Below are positions 49,289 through 61,702 of a stretch of DNA of 64,000 nt, in pieces. The stretch is taken from positions 116,188,001 to 116,252,000 of the forward strand of contig OX597820.1 of assembly GCA_951406725.2 (NCBI GenBank). The letters are read 5' to 3'. Position 1 is the stretch's first letter. Every line of letters starts with the position of its first letter. The DNA is from Octopus vulgaris. Taxonomy: Eukaryota. The position numbers and the translations under genes were made by a program. The notes beneath the pieces are model-generated. The model worked only from the letters and a program-made list of their open reading frames with translations, had not been told where the DNA came from and did no database searches.

Positions 49289-51439
49289 GCTGCAGTCATG
49301 GCTGTGTGCTTAAGAAATCTGTTTTGGAACCATGTGGTCAGTGGTTTGCTTCCACAGCATGAACATTGTTGGCTCCAACAGTCATGAGAAACATAAAGTT
49401 AGAGATGGTGCTGCTAGACAAACTGTTGTTATGATAGAGGGGAAAGCAAGAGAGTGCTTGTCCCATTCTACTTTTTTCTCTAATTAAAAATTCTTTTCTA
49501 CCTTTCAAGCTGAAATTATCCTTTTACAGAGACTTATTTCAAAATTACAATTTCGTTTTCCACAAACCCACTTGGTTAAGTCTTTGATATTTTAGTGGCT
49601 TCAGCACAATCTGAGACACTCTTAGTTCACATTTCAAAACAATTTTCAGAAATTCAGTTTTTCTAACCACCCCTCCCTTGTACAACACAAAAATTTTAAT
49701 GAATTTTATTATTAAGTTTTGAAATGTGAATTACGAGTGTCTCAGAATGTGCAAAATTGTAAACTGATGGGAAATATTTTTAAAAAGATTAATTTTAATC
49801 GTGACATCTATTCCGAAAGGATGATGAAAGAGGAGGGGTGGGGCAAGAAGTTTGAAAAAGAAAAAGAATGTGAAGTACATGAATTATAAAATGACATACA
49901 ACGGTGTTGGGGTGTGAAAATAAAAAAACTCCAAGAAATTCCATTTTATTCGCGACAGCTCTTCCGAAAGTCAGCCCTTTCATTTTAAGTAGAGTAGGAT
50001 GAGATTTGAAGAAGATTAAGCTGTTATTTCTAACACACAGAACGGCCAATACCGGCTTCCTTGTTAGACTTATATTCTAGTATCACTGAAGGGTTTAATT
50101 TAGTGAATATTTGAACTTTCTTCCTTTAAGTCTTACAAGCTAGAATAATCTAGATTGTGTGTTGAAGCCTTGTGCTAATTGTAAACCAAATCTAGTAACA
50201 CCAATTCATCATTCAAATATTGAATTGTTTTCACCTTAATATATATTTTATATAAATATGCCTTTTATCATAAGAGATAATTCAAATATATTTAAGACGA
50301 CAGCACTTATTCAAAAGGAAGTTAATAAATCACCTTCTTTCTAAATTAAACATTAAATTTCACTGCATCATTTGTTGGAGTGATATTATTTGGTAATTTT
50401 AATTATGTATTATTTACAGGCGCAGGAGTGGCTGTGTGATAAGTAGCTTGCTAACCAACCACATGGTTCAGTCCCACTGCGTGGCATCTTGTGCAAGTGT
50501 CTTCTGCTATAGCCCCGGGCCGACCAATGCCTTGTGAGTGGATTTGGTAGACGGAAACTGAAAGAAGCCTGTCGTATATATGTATATATATATATGTATA
50601 TGTGTGAGTGTATGTTTGTGTGTCTGTGTTTGTCCCCCTAGCATTGCTTGACAACCGATGCTGGTGTGTTTACGTCCCCGTCACTTAACGGTTCGGCAAA
50701 AGAGACCGATAGAATAAGTACTGGGCTTACAAAGAATAAGTCCCGGGGTCGATTTGCTCGACTAAAGGCGGTGCTCCAGCATGGCCGCAGTCAAATGACT
50801 GAAACAAGTAAAAGAATAAAAGAGTAAAGAGTATTAATAAAAAAATTATACATATTATCCCTGTTATTATTGGTTTTAGCCATAGGCTGTGGGCCTGTTG
50901 GTGATCAACAGCTGATTTATAGGTTGTTTTATATAAATGAAATTTTGGTCATTTCAGAATGTTCAGAGATTTATAAATGGTATAATTATGGAAAACGGTC
51001 AGTTTATTTTAATGATAAATTTCAATGTATGAAGAATACGACAGCAAAAAAGCCGGTTTGAACCCTTTTTGGGGGACGAACAATCAGAAAGGATCTTTTC
51101 AGAAATATGAATAAATGATGGAATAAGGTTAAAAAAAAAAAAAAATATTGGCGGAATTTTGGAATATCTATTCTTTGAAGTCCCATATATTATGGGAGAA
51201 GGAAAAATTACAAAAGTTGGGGGCTAAAGAATTGTAAAAACACTGAAAATTTTAAAATAAAAATGATTTTTCCGAATTGCAATTTCCGTCACTTTTAGCA
51301 GAAAAACTAAAAGACAGGAAATATTAGGAAATGAAGGGGAAAAACTAGCGTTATTCTTTGCCATGACGTATGGGAATTCAGGGGAGAGCTTCTCGAAAAC
51401 TCTGCCAAAAATCAAAGATGAAGTTTAAGATTTACTTAC

Positions 51440-51514
51440 AAAAGATGAGACAAAATTTAGGGAAAATATTAAGAGAAGAAGACACAACATGTTTACATCG
51501 AAGTAAGCTGCCAT
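51440..51514 (-). CDS. EMC10: EMC10 exon 1, signal peptide (MAAYFDVNMLCLLLLIFSLNFVSSF)
   Basis: aagATGGC start context; hydrophobic core; gtaagt donor; phase 0 joins exon 2. Confidence 0.88.
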
Positions 51515-51824
51515 CTTGATTAGCGCAGCCTACTTTTCTGAACCAATCAAATAACGCGTAACATCTAAATTCTTAAACCTCGTCCAATCAACGTTGACGT
51601 TACAAAAGCTAAATGTTCATCTGAGAAGGATGGCTGAGAAGGTTCCATAAGTATTTCTAGCAAGGTGCTCGATTTGTGTCGCTGAAGCTTTTCCCTCGAA
51701 GATGTTGGCGATGATGCTTACAAAGTCCACAATAAACCTGAATTAATTCATTTACTTTCTTTGGTTCACAACTATAAGACCAGACCAGCGGAACAAGTTA
51801 TTATTTCATTCAATTTAATCCAGA
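51510..51824. promoter_or_regulatory. putative bidirectional promoter between EMC10 and the SDR gene
   Basis: Divergent ATGs ~310 bp apart. Two CCAAT boxes (51543-47, 51584-88). YY1-like GCCATCTT (51510-17) overlaps the EMC10 ATG. Locally CpG-richer and repeat-free. Confidence 0.7.
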
Positions 51825-52119
51825 ATGGATTTCGATCTTACAGGCGAAAACAGCGACTACATGTTCTACTCGTTGCTCTACTGCAGTGTTACCATCGTAT
51901 TTGCGACGGCAGTGCTAACTAAATTCCTCACCAATGAGATCCGTTTCGGTTTCCGCTCTTTTTTAAGTTTGGTTACCTTGTTTCTCGGCGAACCATTGTG
52001 CCAGTTCCTTGTCAAAGGTCCTCACGGAGTCGGAACCTTCGCCCTCGCTTGTATGCTGGTCTACTGGATTCTACCAGCGAGCCGCCTCCCCGCTAAAGAC
52101 AAAGTTGTCCTCATCACTG
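51825..52119 (+). CDS. exon 1 of a membrane-anchored short-chain dehydrogenase (HSD17B2/HSD11B2/BDH1/RDH-like); downstream exons not found in the window
   Basis: Hydrophobic N-terminal helices, then LPAKDKVVLITG with a phase-1 donor G|gtacgt at the start of the TGxxxGxG Rossmann motif. Confidence 0.85.
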
Positions 52120-53065
52120 GTACGTATATCTAAACCCATTTCCACCGATTTTCTTAAGACAGGCACTTACCTATTTCTTTACTACTCACAAGGGGCTAAA
52201 CATAGAGGGGACAAACAAGGACAGACATGGGTATTAAGTCGATTACATCGACCCCAGTGCGTAACTGATACTTAATTTATCGACCCCGAAAGGATGAAAG
52301 GCAAAGTCGACCTCGGCGGAATTCGAACTCACAACGTTCTATTGAACTTACCGACGTTCTATCAGTGCAGTGTCATGTTTTTAATTCGTTTCCTTTTTAT
52401 TAAAGCAACTCCTCAAAGAATTAACATTGACCAATTCTGTGGCCACTGGCATGTATTTGAATAACAGACGAATACAGGTATTTGCCATATATAGTCTGAA
52501 GATTCCCAGTCCGGGATGAAACAGCGGGTCTCTGTGAGACATTGCCTCTTCAAATTCCCACAATAAATGTTTACTCTCTGAAAGCACCGAGTTCTCTCTG
52601 GGGTTGTGCAAGCCGTGGTGGCCCTTCTTTCTCCCTCTTTCCATGCACGGTTACGTTCATGTTTGGATATACAAACGGAGAACAACTAAGGCTACATAGA
52701 ACAGAGCTTATTTATTTGTTCCAAGTTGATAATTTACTCCATTGCTAGCCAGAGTTTGTTTCAATTTCTGTACACGTGAAGAGCATCGGAATGGAGCACA
52801 AGTTTCAAACGTGTGTGTGTGTGCGTAATATATATATTTATATAGATAAATAAATAAAACATATGCATATATACATACATATATGTACGTACCTACCTCT
52901 ACATGTATATATACACGCATATATGGGTACAGGACACCAAAAAAAACCTCGAACACAATGAGAAACAAAAACATAAACACAAAACCGAGGAAATGGACAT
53001 TTTTTTTTAAACGAAAAAATAGAGTACAGGACATACAAACAAGGAAAATTCCCCTTCTTCAGTCG

Positions 53066-53107
<42 letters not shown>

Positions 53108-53486
53108 TTTATTTTAAAGCAACAGAAATAAAACAAAAGCTGTTACTCTGAGTAACAGTTTTTGTTATAATTCTTGCTTTTAAATAAAGTATATTACTCT
53201 GCCTCTAGTATTTGAGTACTCTTTTTTCCACCTTGTGCTTACTCCGGTATGTATGTATGTGTAGTGTTTCCCCCTTCATTTTACACTCTGTATTTTGTGC
53301 TCCATGTAAATATGTCTCAAGCCTGTATTTACGACGAGCTTCTTTCATTTTCTGTCTATTCACGAGGCGATAATAGAAGTGGGATAGAACCCGGAACATT
53401 GTTGTTAGGAAGCAAACTTCTTACCACACAGCCATGCCTATAAAGGTTATGAAATGTTTTAACCTTTTATTTTTAAGGTCTAATTT

Positions 53487-53562
<76 letters not shown>

Positions 53563-55449
53563 GGTATATATACAAATTGAGATAGGGGTTGTAAATGCAA
53601 CCCGCTATGGGATAACGTATATCCAATTTATCTTGTATATATATATGAATCAAAGAGAGGAGTGTATCTATTTTACTTATGAAAATTAAAATGTTAGCAA
53701 ACAAGGAACGTGTAATCTACCATTTTCACATTAAGTAATTAATGAAATTTAAGAAAAGTTGCATCTTGGATGTGTATTTTTTTTTTTTATTGCTAATCAG
53801 TAGCAATTTTATCTGCATTATTAATACGTATGTTTGGATCTGTGGTTTTATCAGCTGGTCATTTAACAACGAAGTCGAGTTGTTTGTGTCATTTCGAGCG
53901 GCAACTTCATTTTCTTCCGTCTTCAACCTCAGTAAACATTAACATGGCTTCTTCACAAGAAATATCTTATGTGTTGTTAAGTTGCATTTCCTTTATCAAA
54001 CCCACTCTGGCTAATTAGTAGCATTCTACCATTATCTTCTACTTGTTTCAGTCATTGGACTGCGGCCCTGCTGGTGCACCGCCTCGAAAAAATTTAGTCA
54101 AACAAATTTACCCCATTACTTATCTTTTTAAGTTTGGTATTTATTCGCTCTCTTTTCCGGGTACGTAAACAAACCAACACCGGTTGTCACGTGGCGGTGG
54201 GGGACAAACATTTATAGAGTGAGTGGGTGAGAGCAAAATAAGCTAAATATAGATCATACAGTAAGTCACCTCTTGAAACAGCTGTCGAGATAAGACGTGT
54301 AATGTTTCCCCCCTTTCATTTTACACTCTGTATTTTGTGCTCCATGTAAATATGTCTCAAGCCTGTATTTACGACGAGCTTCTTTCATTTTCTGTCAATT
54401 CACTTACAAGGCTTAGCGCGAGGCGATAATAGAAGTGGGATAGAACCCGGAACATTGTTGTTAGGAAGCAAACTTCTTACCACACAGCCATGCCTATAAA
54501 GGTTATGAAATGTTTTAACCTTTTATTTTTAAGGTCTAATTTTATATGGTTCCATTATACCTTTCCTACTGCGTGTTCCCTTGAGGTGTGTATATGGTGT
54601 TTGTAGTGCTTGTAGAAATCTCATGCCTCTTTAGTAATAGTTTCAGATCAGGGAGACACGAAGGAGATATTTCTAGTAATTAGTAGAAATAGGTATTTGT
54701 AATAAGACACGGTTAGGCGAGGGGATAAGCTTTTGATATGGATGAGAAGTTTTGTTTAGAGAATTCTCTTTCGGACGATAACTTTTGAGTTTAATTGTAT
54801 TTACACATGGCATACGTGACAGTTCTTTCAGACTGGCCGTAGTAAATAAGTTGTATTCTAAATTTGTCGACATCTGAGCAGTAGAACGAATATAAGACAT
54901 ACAGAACTGAAGAATTCTCCGATCCGGAGATAGGTAGGGTAAGTTCCATTCTCCAGCGGACAATTTTATATCATTTTGATTCTTTTTCCCAATTTTTTTT
55001 TTCCTCAAACATAAAATGTAATGGTTAGTTTATCTGTCACTAAGGGGAAAATGTTTTTTTAACAGCCTCTGTGACTACAGAAGCTTCTTTTTCGGTATTG
55101 AGGCTAAAGTTTTATTTTCAGAATGATAAATGCCAAGAAAATTACCACCAGTTTACTCACCAGAATGTCAATACTGTTTTCATTCTTTTTTTATTCTATT
55201 TTTAATGGTAAACAACAAAATCTTGTCGACTTTGGTGTTGTAGTACGCAAAGAACCTAAGCACCCATTGTAATTCTTCAAGAGGTCGAAGGCATTCTGGA
55301 TTGGAGCATAATTCTTTATCTAAAATTAGATCACCTAACAAATTAATAGATATTAGGCCTTTATTTACGTTTATTTTAGATTATCACGTTTCACTGCTTT
55401 AAAGAAATTTGAAAGAGTCGTATCATGTTCTGATTTTGTTTCACAATAA

Positions 55450-55680
55450 ACTTCGTAAGGTTATTTTTGTTGATAAATCCATTGACGACTCCTTGAAGGA
55501 CTGAGAACATGAGTTCTGTTACTTGAAAAGGCTTTGATCAAGTTTTTAAATAACACTTGTTAGTACAAACAACATTGCCCTCTCAACCATCCAGTCAAAC
55601 GGATTAGCTCGAAGCTCTGTAAAACTGTCAATAATTTAAGAGAAATCTGCGGACCTTTTTTGTTAACGGAATTGACAATA
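55450..55680 (+). mobile_element. possible LTR-retrotransposon integrase relic
   Basis: cat cca g tca aac gga tta gct cga agc tct gta aaa ctg resembles HPQSNGLAERxVKT with frameshifts. Confidence 0.35.
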
Positions 55681-57693
55681 ACAACCAAAACCTTCGCCCA
55701 CCGAGACTTTTTTTTTTTTTCATAGAATTTTGAAATTAAATTTCTGTAAGTTTTTTTTCTCTTTCAAACTGGACTGGCGAATTTTAGTTGCAACAGGTTT
55801 GCAGTTTAGAGAAATATTTTGATATGGTTTAGTAATTAGTTTACCAACCACTTATATGTGAATAAAATCACAAATTAAAAAAAAAAAATTCAGATTCTGT
55901 ATAAATTAAATTTCCTGTGATTTCTTATCAGCTCAGAGTTATGAAAGAAGAGAAAGTGTTTTTAAAATCTATTTTTGTAGATATTCTAGTTTATAACGAC
56001 GCCGTGAAATTTGTGCTGTTACTTCAGAATTAGCTAAAGAAACAGCATTTATTTTGGGGATTATATTTCCAGGTTGACAAGGCGCAGGTGTGGCTGTGTG
56101 GTAAGTAGCTTGCCCAAGATGCCACTGCGTGGCATCTTGGGCAAGTGTCTTCTGCTATAGCCTCGGGCCGACCAATGCATTGTGAGTGGATTTGGTAGAC
56201 GGAAACTGAAAGAAGCCTGTCGTATATATATATATCTGTGTTTGTCCCCCTAGCATTGCTTGACAACCGATGCTGGTGTTTGTGTGTCTGTGTTTGTCCC
56301 CCTAGCATTGCTTGACAACCGATGCTGGTGTTTGTGTGTCTGTGTTTGTCCCCCTAGCATTGCTGGTGTGTTTATGTCCCCGTCACTTAGCGGTTCGGCA
56401 AAAGAGACCGATAGAATAAGTACTGGGCTTACAAAGAATAAGTCCCGGGGTCGATTTGCTCGACCAAAGGCGGTGCTCCAGCATGGCCGCAGTCAAATGA
56501 CTAAAACAAGTAAAAGAATAAAAGTGAACATTACGGAAGAACCTGTCTCTTTGAGAATTTTGATGAAAATAATTTTCTCAGCTATCATCCATGTAACCAG
56601 TACCAGAAAGCGCAGCTACCAAAGAAATAAATCCAGATTAAATAACCTTATAAGATACTTTTTTTTTGTGTGAGGCAGAAGAGCTGTGGTCATCAGACCG
56701 GAAAACACTGTTCTACCTTTTTAAAAAATTTTTTTTTTACAGCTTTGACAAAACGTGGCACAGGAATGGATCTTGAATTTTCCACTGAAAAAGCGCCTTC
56801 TCCATGTTTAGTGTCTGCTGCGGTAGATTCTCTTTTACTTGTTTCAGTCATTTGACTGCGGCCATGCTGGAGCACCGCCTTTAGTCGAGCAACTTGACCC
56901 CGGGACTTATTCTTTGTAAGCCCAGTACTTATTCTATCGATCTCTTTTTCCGAAACGCTAAGTGACGGGGACATTAGCATCGGTTGTCAAGCAATGCTAG
57001 GGGTACAAACACAGACACACATACATATATATATATATATACATATATACCACGGGCTTCTTTCAGTTTCCGTCTACCAAATCCACTCACAAGGCATTGG
57101 TCGGCCCGGGGCTATAGTAGAAGACGCTTGCCCAAGGTGTCACGCAGTGGGACTGAACCCGGAACCATGTGGTTGGTTAGCAAGCTACTTACCACACAGC
57201 CACTCCTGCGCCTATTGCTCAGATTACATTTATTATTATTTGTAGGGCCTCGGAGAAACATCAAGCATTTGACATGATTGTGTATTAAGTTGAGCTTGTT
57301 CTAAAACACCTTGCCTTTTGGATAGATGGCTCAAGCTTGACGCTTTTCCATTTAATTTAGTCAATAAAACTTATGTATCTCTTAATATATTGATACAATT
57401 TCTGTGGAAAAGCTACAAATAACTTTTGAAGTCGCCAGGGGGTCCGCATCAATTTACGCAAGTACCTAATATTTCAGCGTGTCATCAATACCTAATCAAT
57501 CAAAATACTGATTTGATATCTTTATGATGTAAGGGACATAACTGCGGTTACACAGAAGCAGCTCTTGCAAAATTCCACTAACTTTTTCTATTATTGCAGC
57601 TCAGTGTATTTTTAGAACTTATATATATTTTTGGTTCTAGATCAGCTTTGTTTGAATAGAATTATTGATTAAAACCATTTCATTCGCGGTCAT

Positions 57694-58081
57694 CTTATCT
57701 ATTATATAAAATCCGTTCTATTTGTCTGTGTGTGTGTCTTCTAGGATCTCGGGCATCCTCCATCCGATTGCGCTCAAATTTGATGTGTAGATACCGACGG
57801 TATCAGGGCGTGTATAAGTCTTGAAAAAATTACAAAAATCGATTCCAGGTGAGAATGCGATCGATAAAGCCGTGGGAACGTGCATTTGTAAAATTGTTTT
57901 TCTTGGAATAGAAAAAAAGTCTATCTTTATTTCTTCTTTTGCTGGTGTCTCAAATATAGATTAAATCAATATTTCTCAAAGGGGAAGCCTATGGGACGGT
58001 CGGACAAGTTGTTTTGAGAAAATTTGGTTTAAATATTTGACAACTCAGCACCGTCCATTGGACAGAGGGCGTTTTGCTCGT
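57694..58081 (+). mobile_element. non-autonomous Helitron-like element
   Basis: TCT.ATCTATTATATAAAA start, gtctgtgtgt tract, subterminal ccgtcc/ggac hairpin, ends gctcg|t (CTAG variant). Confidence 0.55.
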
Positions 58082-58464
58082 ATATATATATATATATATA
58101 AATTAGAAATGGAAACCAAAACAATAAATTGAACAATTAAATAATTTAATCATTAAATGATAAATTCAATTCAATTATCTGATACAAATGACACATCTCA
58201 TGAATTACAGCCGTTTCAACTCCATTAATAAAACCAAGTTTTTCAAGAATAATAAATTACCGTTTACATATAATGAGGTTTCATTAGATCAACTTATCTT
58301 CTTAAAATAACTCATGAAAAAAACGGTATTTTATTCTTGGAAAACTTGTTTTTATTAATGGAATTGAAACAGCTGTAATTTATGAGATGTCATTTGCCTT
58401 GTGTAAAGTAATAAAATTTAATTGAATTTTATTATTTAATGATTAAATTTTTTAATTGTTTAAT

Positions 58465-58870
58465 TTGTGCCGACTTGACTGGCTTCTGTGCCGGTGGCAC
58501 ATAAAAAGCCCCATCCGGACGTGGCTGATGCCAGCGCCACCCCGATTGGCTTCTGTGCCGGTGGCACATATAAAGCGCCATCCAAACGTGGCCGTTGCCA
58601 GCGCCGCCTTGGCTGGCTTCCGTGCCGGTGGCACATTAAAAGCTCCAACCGATCGTGGCCAATGCCGGACCCCCCTGGCACCTGTGCAGGTGGCACGTAA
58701 ATAGCACCCACTACACTCGCGGAGTGGTTTGCGTTAGGAAGGGCATCCAGCTGTAGAAACTCTGCCAGATCAGACTGGAGCCTGGTGCAGCCCCTGGCTT
58801 CCCAGACCCCGGTCGAACCGTCCAACCCGTGCTAGCATGGAAAACGGACGTTAAACGATGATGATGATGA
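58465..58870 (+). mobile_element. RTE 3'-UTR fragment with internal ~55-bp repeats (others ~16746-17170, 20983-21255, 25720-25917, 37665-37935, 46490-46733, 59055-59495, 63130-63520)
   Basis: ggtggcac(g/a)taaaaagc repeats, then ggcgttaggaagggcatccagc and an acggacgttaaacgatgatg tail. Confidence 0.88.
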
Positions 58871-60966
58871 TATTGATAAACTATATGTTTATTTATTTAT
58901 TTACCTGTTTGTTAAGAGTGATAGTTCATAACATTGTTATCGATATAGGTAAAAAAAAAACCCCAATAAATTCTTTGGATATTTAATATCCCTCAGGTGG
59001 TTATTTAACACCTAGCTAAATTGTTATATATATATATATATATATAATCGAAGATCAAAACCAAAATGGAAATTGTAGTTGTGGCTGATGCCAGTGCCGC
59101 CTGACTGGCACCTGTGTTGGTGACACGTAATAAGCACCATTCAAGCATGGGTCAATGTCAGTGCCGCCTGACTGGCTCTCGGTGGTGGTGGCACGTAAAA
59201 AGCACCATCCAAACATGGTTGATGCCAGTCTCCCCCTGACTGGCTCTGTACCGGTGGCACATAAAAAGTACCATCTGAACGTGTCAATGCCACCTGACTG
59301 GCTCGCATGCCGGTGGTACATAAAAAGCACCCACTACACTCTTGGAGTGGTTGGCATTGGGAAGGGCATCCAGTTGTAGAAACCTTGCCAGATCAGATTG
59401 GAGCTTGGTGCAGCCTACTGGCTTGCCAGTCCCCTAATCAAACCATCTAACCCATGCCAGCATGGAAAACAGACATTAAACAATGATGATGATGATTATA
59501 TATATATATATGTTTATGGCATATTGTCAGACCCCAGAACCTGTTAGCCTCTTCTGAAGAGGTCTTAGGCCAAGAGGTTTTGGGTTCTGATGATACACCA
59601 TAAAGGTAAACCCTTTGTGGACAGGAAACCCAGGGTAATCCCATAAACAGGCCTTCCTCATATATATATATATATATATATATGAGACTACTTTACCTAA
59701 TGCATAATCTTTGGCAGCAAGATATATTTTTGAGGGAGATTTAGCTATCTTTTCTACTAAGTTGAGCAACTGCATAGAAAGCTTCCTTGTTGGTTTGCTA
59801 AAGCTATTTTACATCTATTAATACCTGTGATATACAGGTAAGAGTTATGCTTGCAACAAGGCTTTATCTAAACAAAAGTATCTTTGTGTCTTACATAAGG
59901 TGTTAATGTCACAAAATTGTTTAGAGTAGTTTTTATTTTTTTTGAAGTGTGGTTTGAAAGTATTGTACGAAATAAGGAAGAAAGAATTATAATATTCTTC
60001 AAATTTCCTTGTTTAGTACTTATTATCTAATTTAACATTTGGTAAATGTGTCTTTTTGCCTGTTGTTACCAATGCCTGAATAAAAATTTAAAAATTATAA
60101 AAGGAAAGATCAATCAATTGATAATAAACTGAAATACAATCAGTCCATATGTTGGCAGCATGATCCTCCCAATGTACAACAAATATTTATTACAGCAAGA
60201 AACGTGTGCTTGTCTTGCTATCATCTTTAGCCTCTCAACACCTGGCATAAAGCCACCTCCTCACCCACCTCCCAAATCCTCTCTCCTTCACATAGTTGAG
60301 AGGTTTTTCTTTTCCTTTTCCTGTTCTTGCAAGTAGTGCCAGTGATGCAAGAAAAGCACCTAGTACAGTGGTTGGTGTTAGAAATGGCATCTAGCCATAG
60401 AAACCATGCCAAAACCGACACTGGAGCTTGGCACTGCTTTGCAGCTTGCCAGATCCTGTCGAACCGTCCAACCCATGCCTGCATGGAAAGTGGATGTTAA
60501 ATGATGATGATGATAGTAATGTATAGTACTAAAGAAATAAACAAATCTTTCAAAGCTGAACTTGTGCATACTAAATTTAAAATTCATAATTCTGGTTAAG
60601 CTGATATGCTGTGAAAAGCCAAGAATCCTAATGTTTTAAAGAAACCACTTTGTTGGAGGGAGAATAAGAAAAAGTGTCTCTCTTTTCAGTGAAGGATTTT
60701 ATGAATTTATCCAGATTTACAAGCTTTGCTAAATAATTTTTGCCCTCCTCTGCTCAGCAGAAATTATTTGCCGTCTTTGTGTGTGTTTTGTAACCAGTAG
60801 GCGCAGGAGTGGCTGTGTGGTAAGTAGCTTGCTTACCAACCACATGGTTCCGGGTTCAGTCCCACTGCGTGGCATCTTGGGCAAGTGTCTCCTGCTATAG
60901 CCTGGGGCCGACCAAAGCCTTGTGAGTGAATTTGGTAGACGGAAACTGAAAGAACCCGTCTTATAC

Positions 60967-61008
<42 letters not shown>

Positions 61009-61388
61009 TTGTGTGTCTGTGTTTGTCCCCCTAGCATTGCTTGACAACCGATGCTGGTGTGTTTATGTCCCCGTCACTTAGCGGTTTGCCAAAAGAGACC
61101 GATAGAATAAGTACTGGGCTTACAAAGAATAAGACCCGGGGTCGAGTCGCTCAATTAAAGGCGGTGCTCCAGCATGGCCGCAGTCAAATGACTAAAACAA
61201 GTAAGAGAGTAAGAGAGTCCAATGTATCAATTCTTGAATTAACCATTTCGATACCAACCGGCTGAATCAGCCTCTGGCTTGTTTGCAAAAGTTTTGAATT
61301 AAAATCTTCCATCAAGCTTTAGTCACAATTTATGTTCCTAACACTAGCTGAATGATAACTAAGTTATTTTACTAAATTCTTTGTTATA

Positions 61389-61702
61389 ACATTCTTTACA
61401 TTTGACAGATATTGTCCTCAATGTTTCAGCTGATATGGCGTAGTGGTTAAGAGTGTGGGCTACTAACCCCAAGATTCTGAGTTCGATCCCAGGCAGTGAC
61501 CTGGATAATAATAATTATAATAATAACATCAAAAAATACCTTAGGAATGAGAACCCAGGTTTGAAATTTCCCCAAGGCACCTGATGAAGGCTGGAGGGTA
61601 TATCAGCCGAAATGTTGTGTTAACAACAAACAAGATGAGGACAAATATCTGTCAAATGTAATTAATGTACATAATTCCTGATCTCTTAAGTATAGAACTG
61701 TA
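61389..61702 (+). mobile_element. tRNA-headed, hammerhead-containing short element with inverted 5' arm (copy 2), inserted in a piggyBac MITE
   Basis: 9-bp TSD TTTGTTATA (61380-88 and 61703-11). A-box TGGCGTAGTGG at 61436; B-box GAGTTCGATCC at 61479. Hammerhead core CTGATGA at 61581 and GAAA at 61609. Confidence 0.8.
61576..61621 (+). ncRNA. minimal type I hammerhead ribozyme motif (this copy has a CpG-decayed stem III)
   Basis: GGCAC-CUGAUGA-aGGCUG..CAGCC-GAAA(C>U)GUU-GUGUU. Stem I is G(G/A)CAC:GUGUU; stem II is GGCUG:CAGCC. Confidence 0.6.

Noticed and set aside
61436-61504. Functional tRNA gene
   Set aside because: A and B boxes are present, but there is no proper acceptor stem and the sequence is part of a TSD-flanked repeat, so it is a SINE head.
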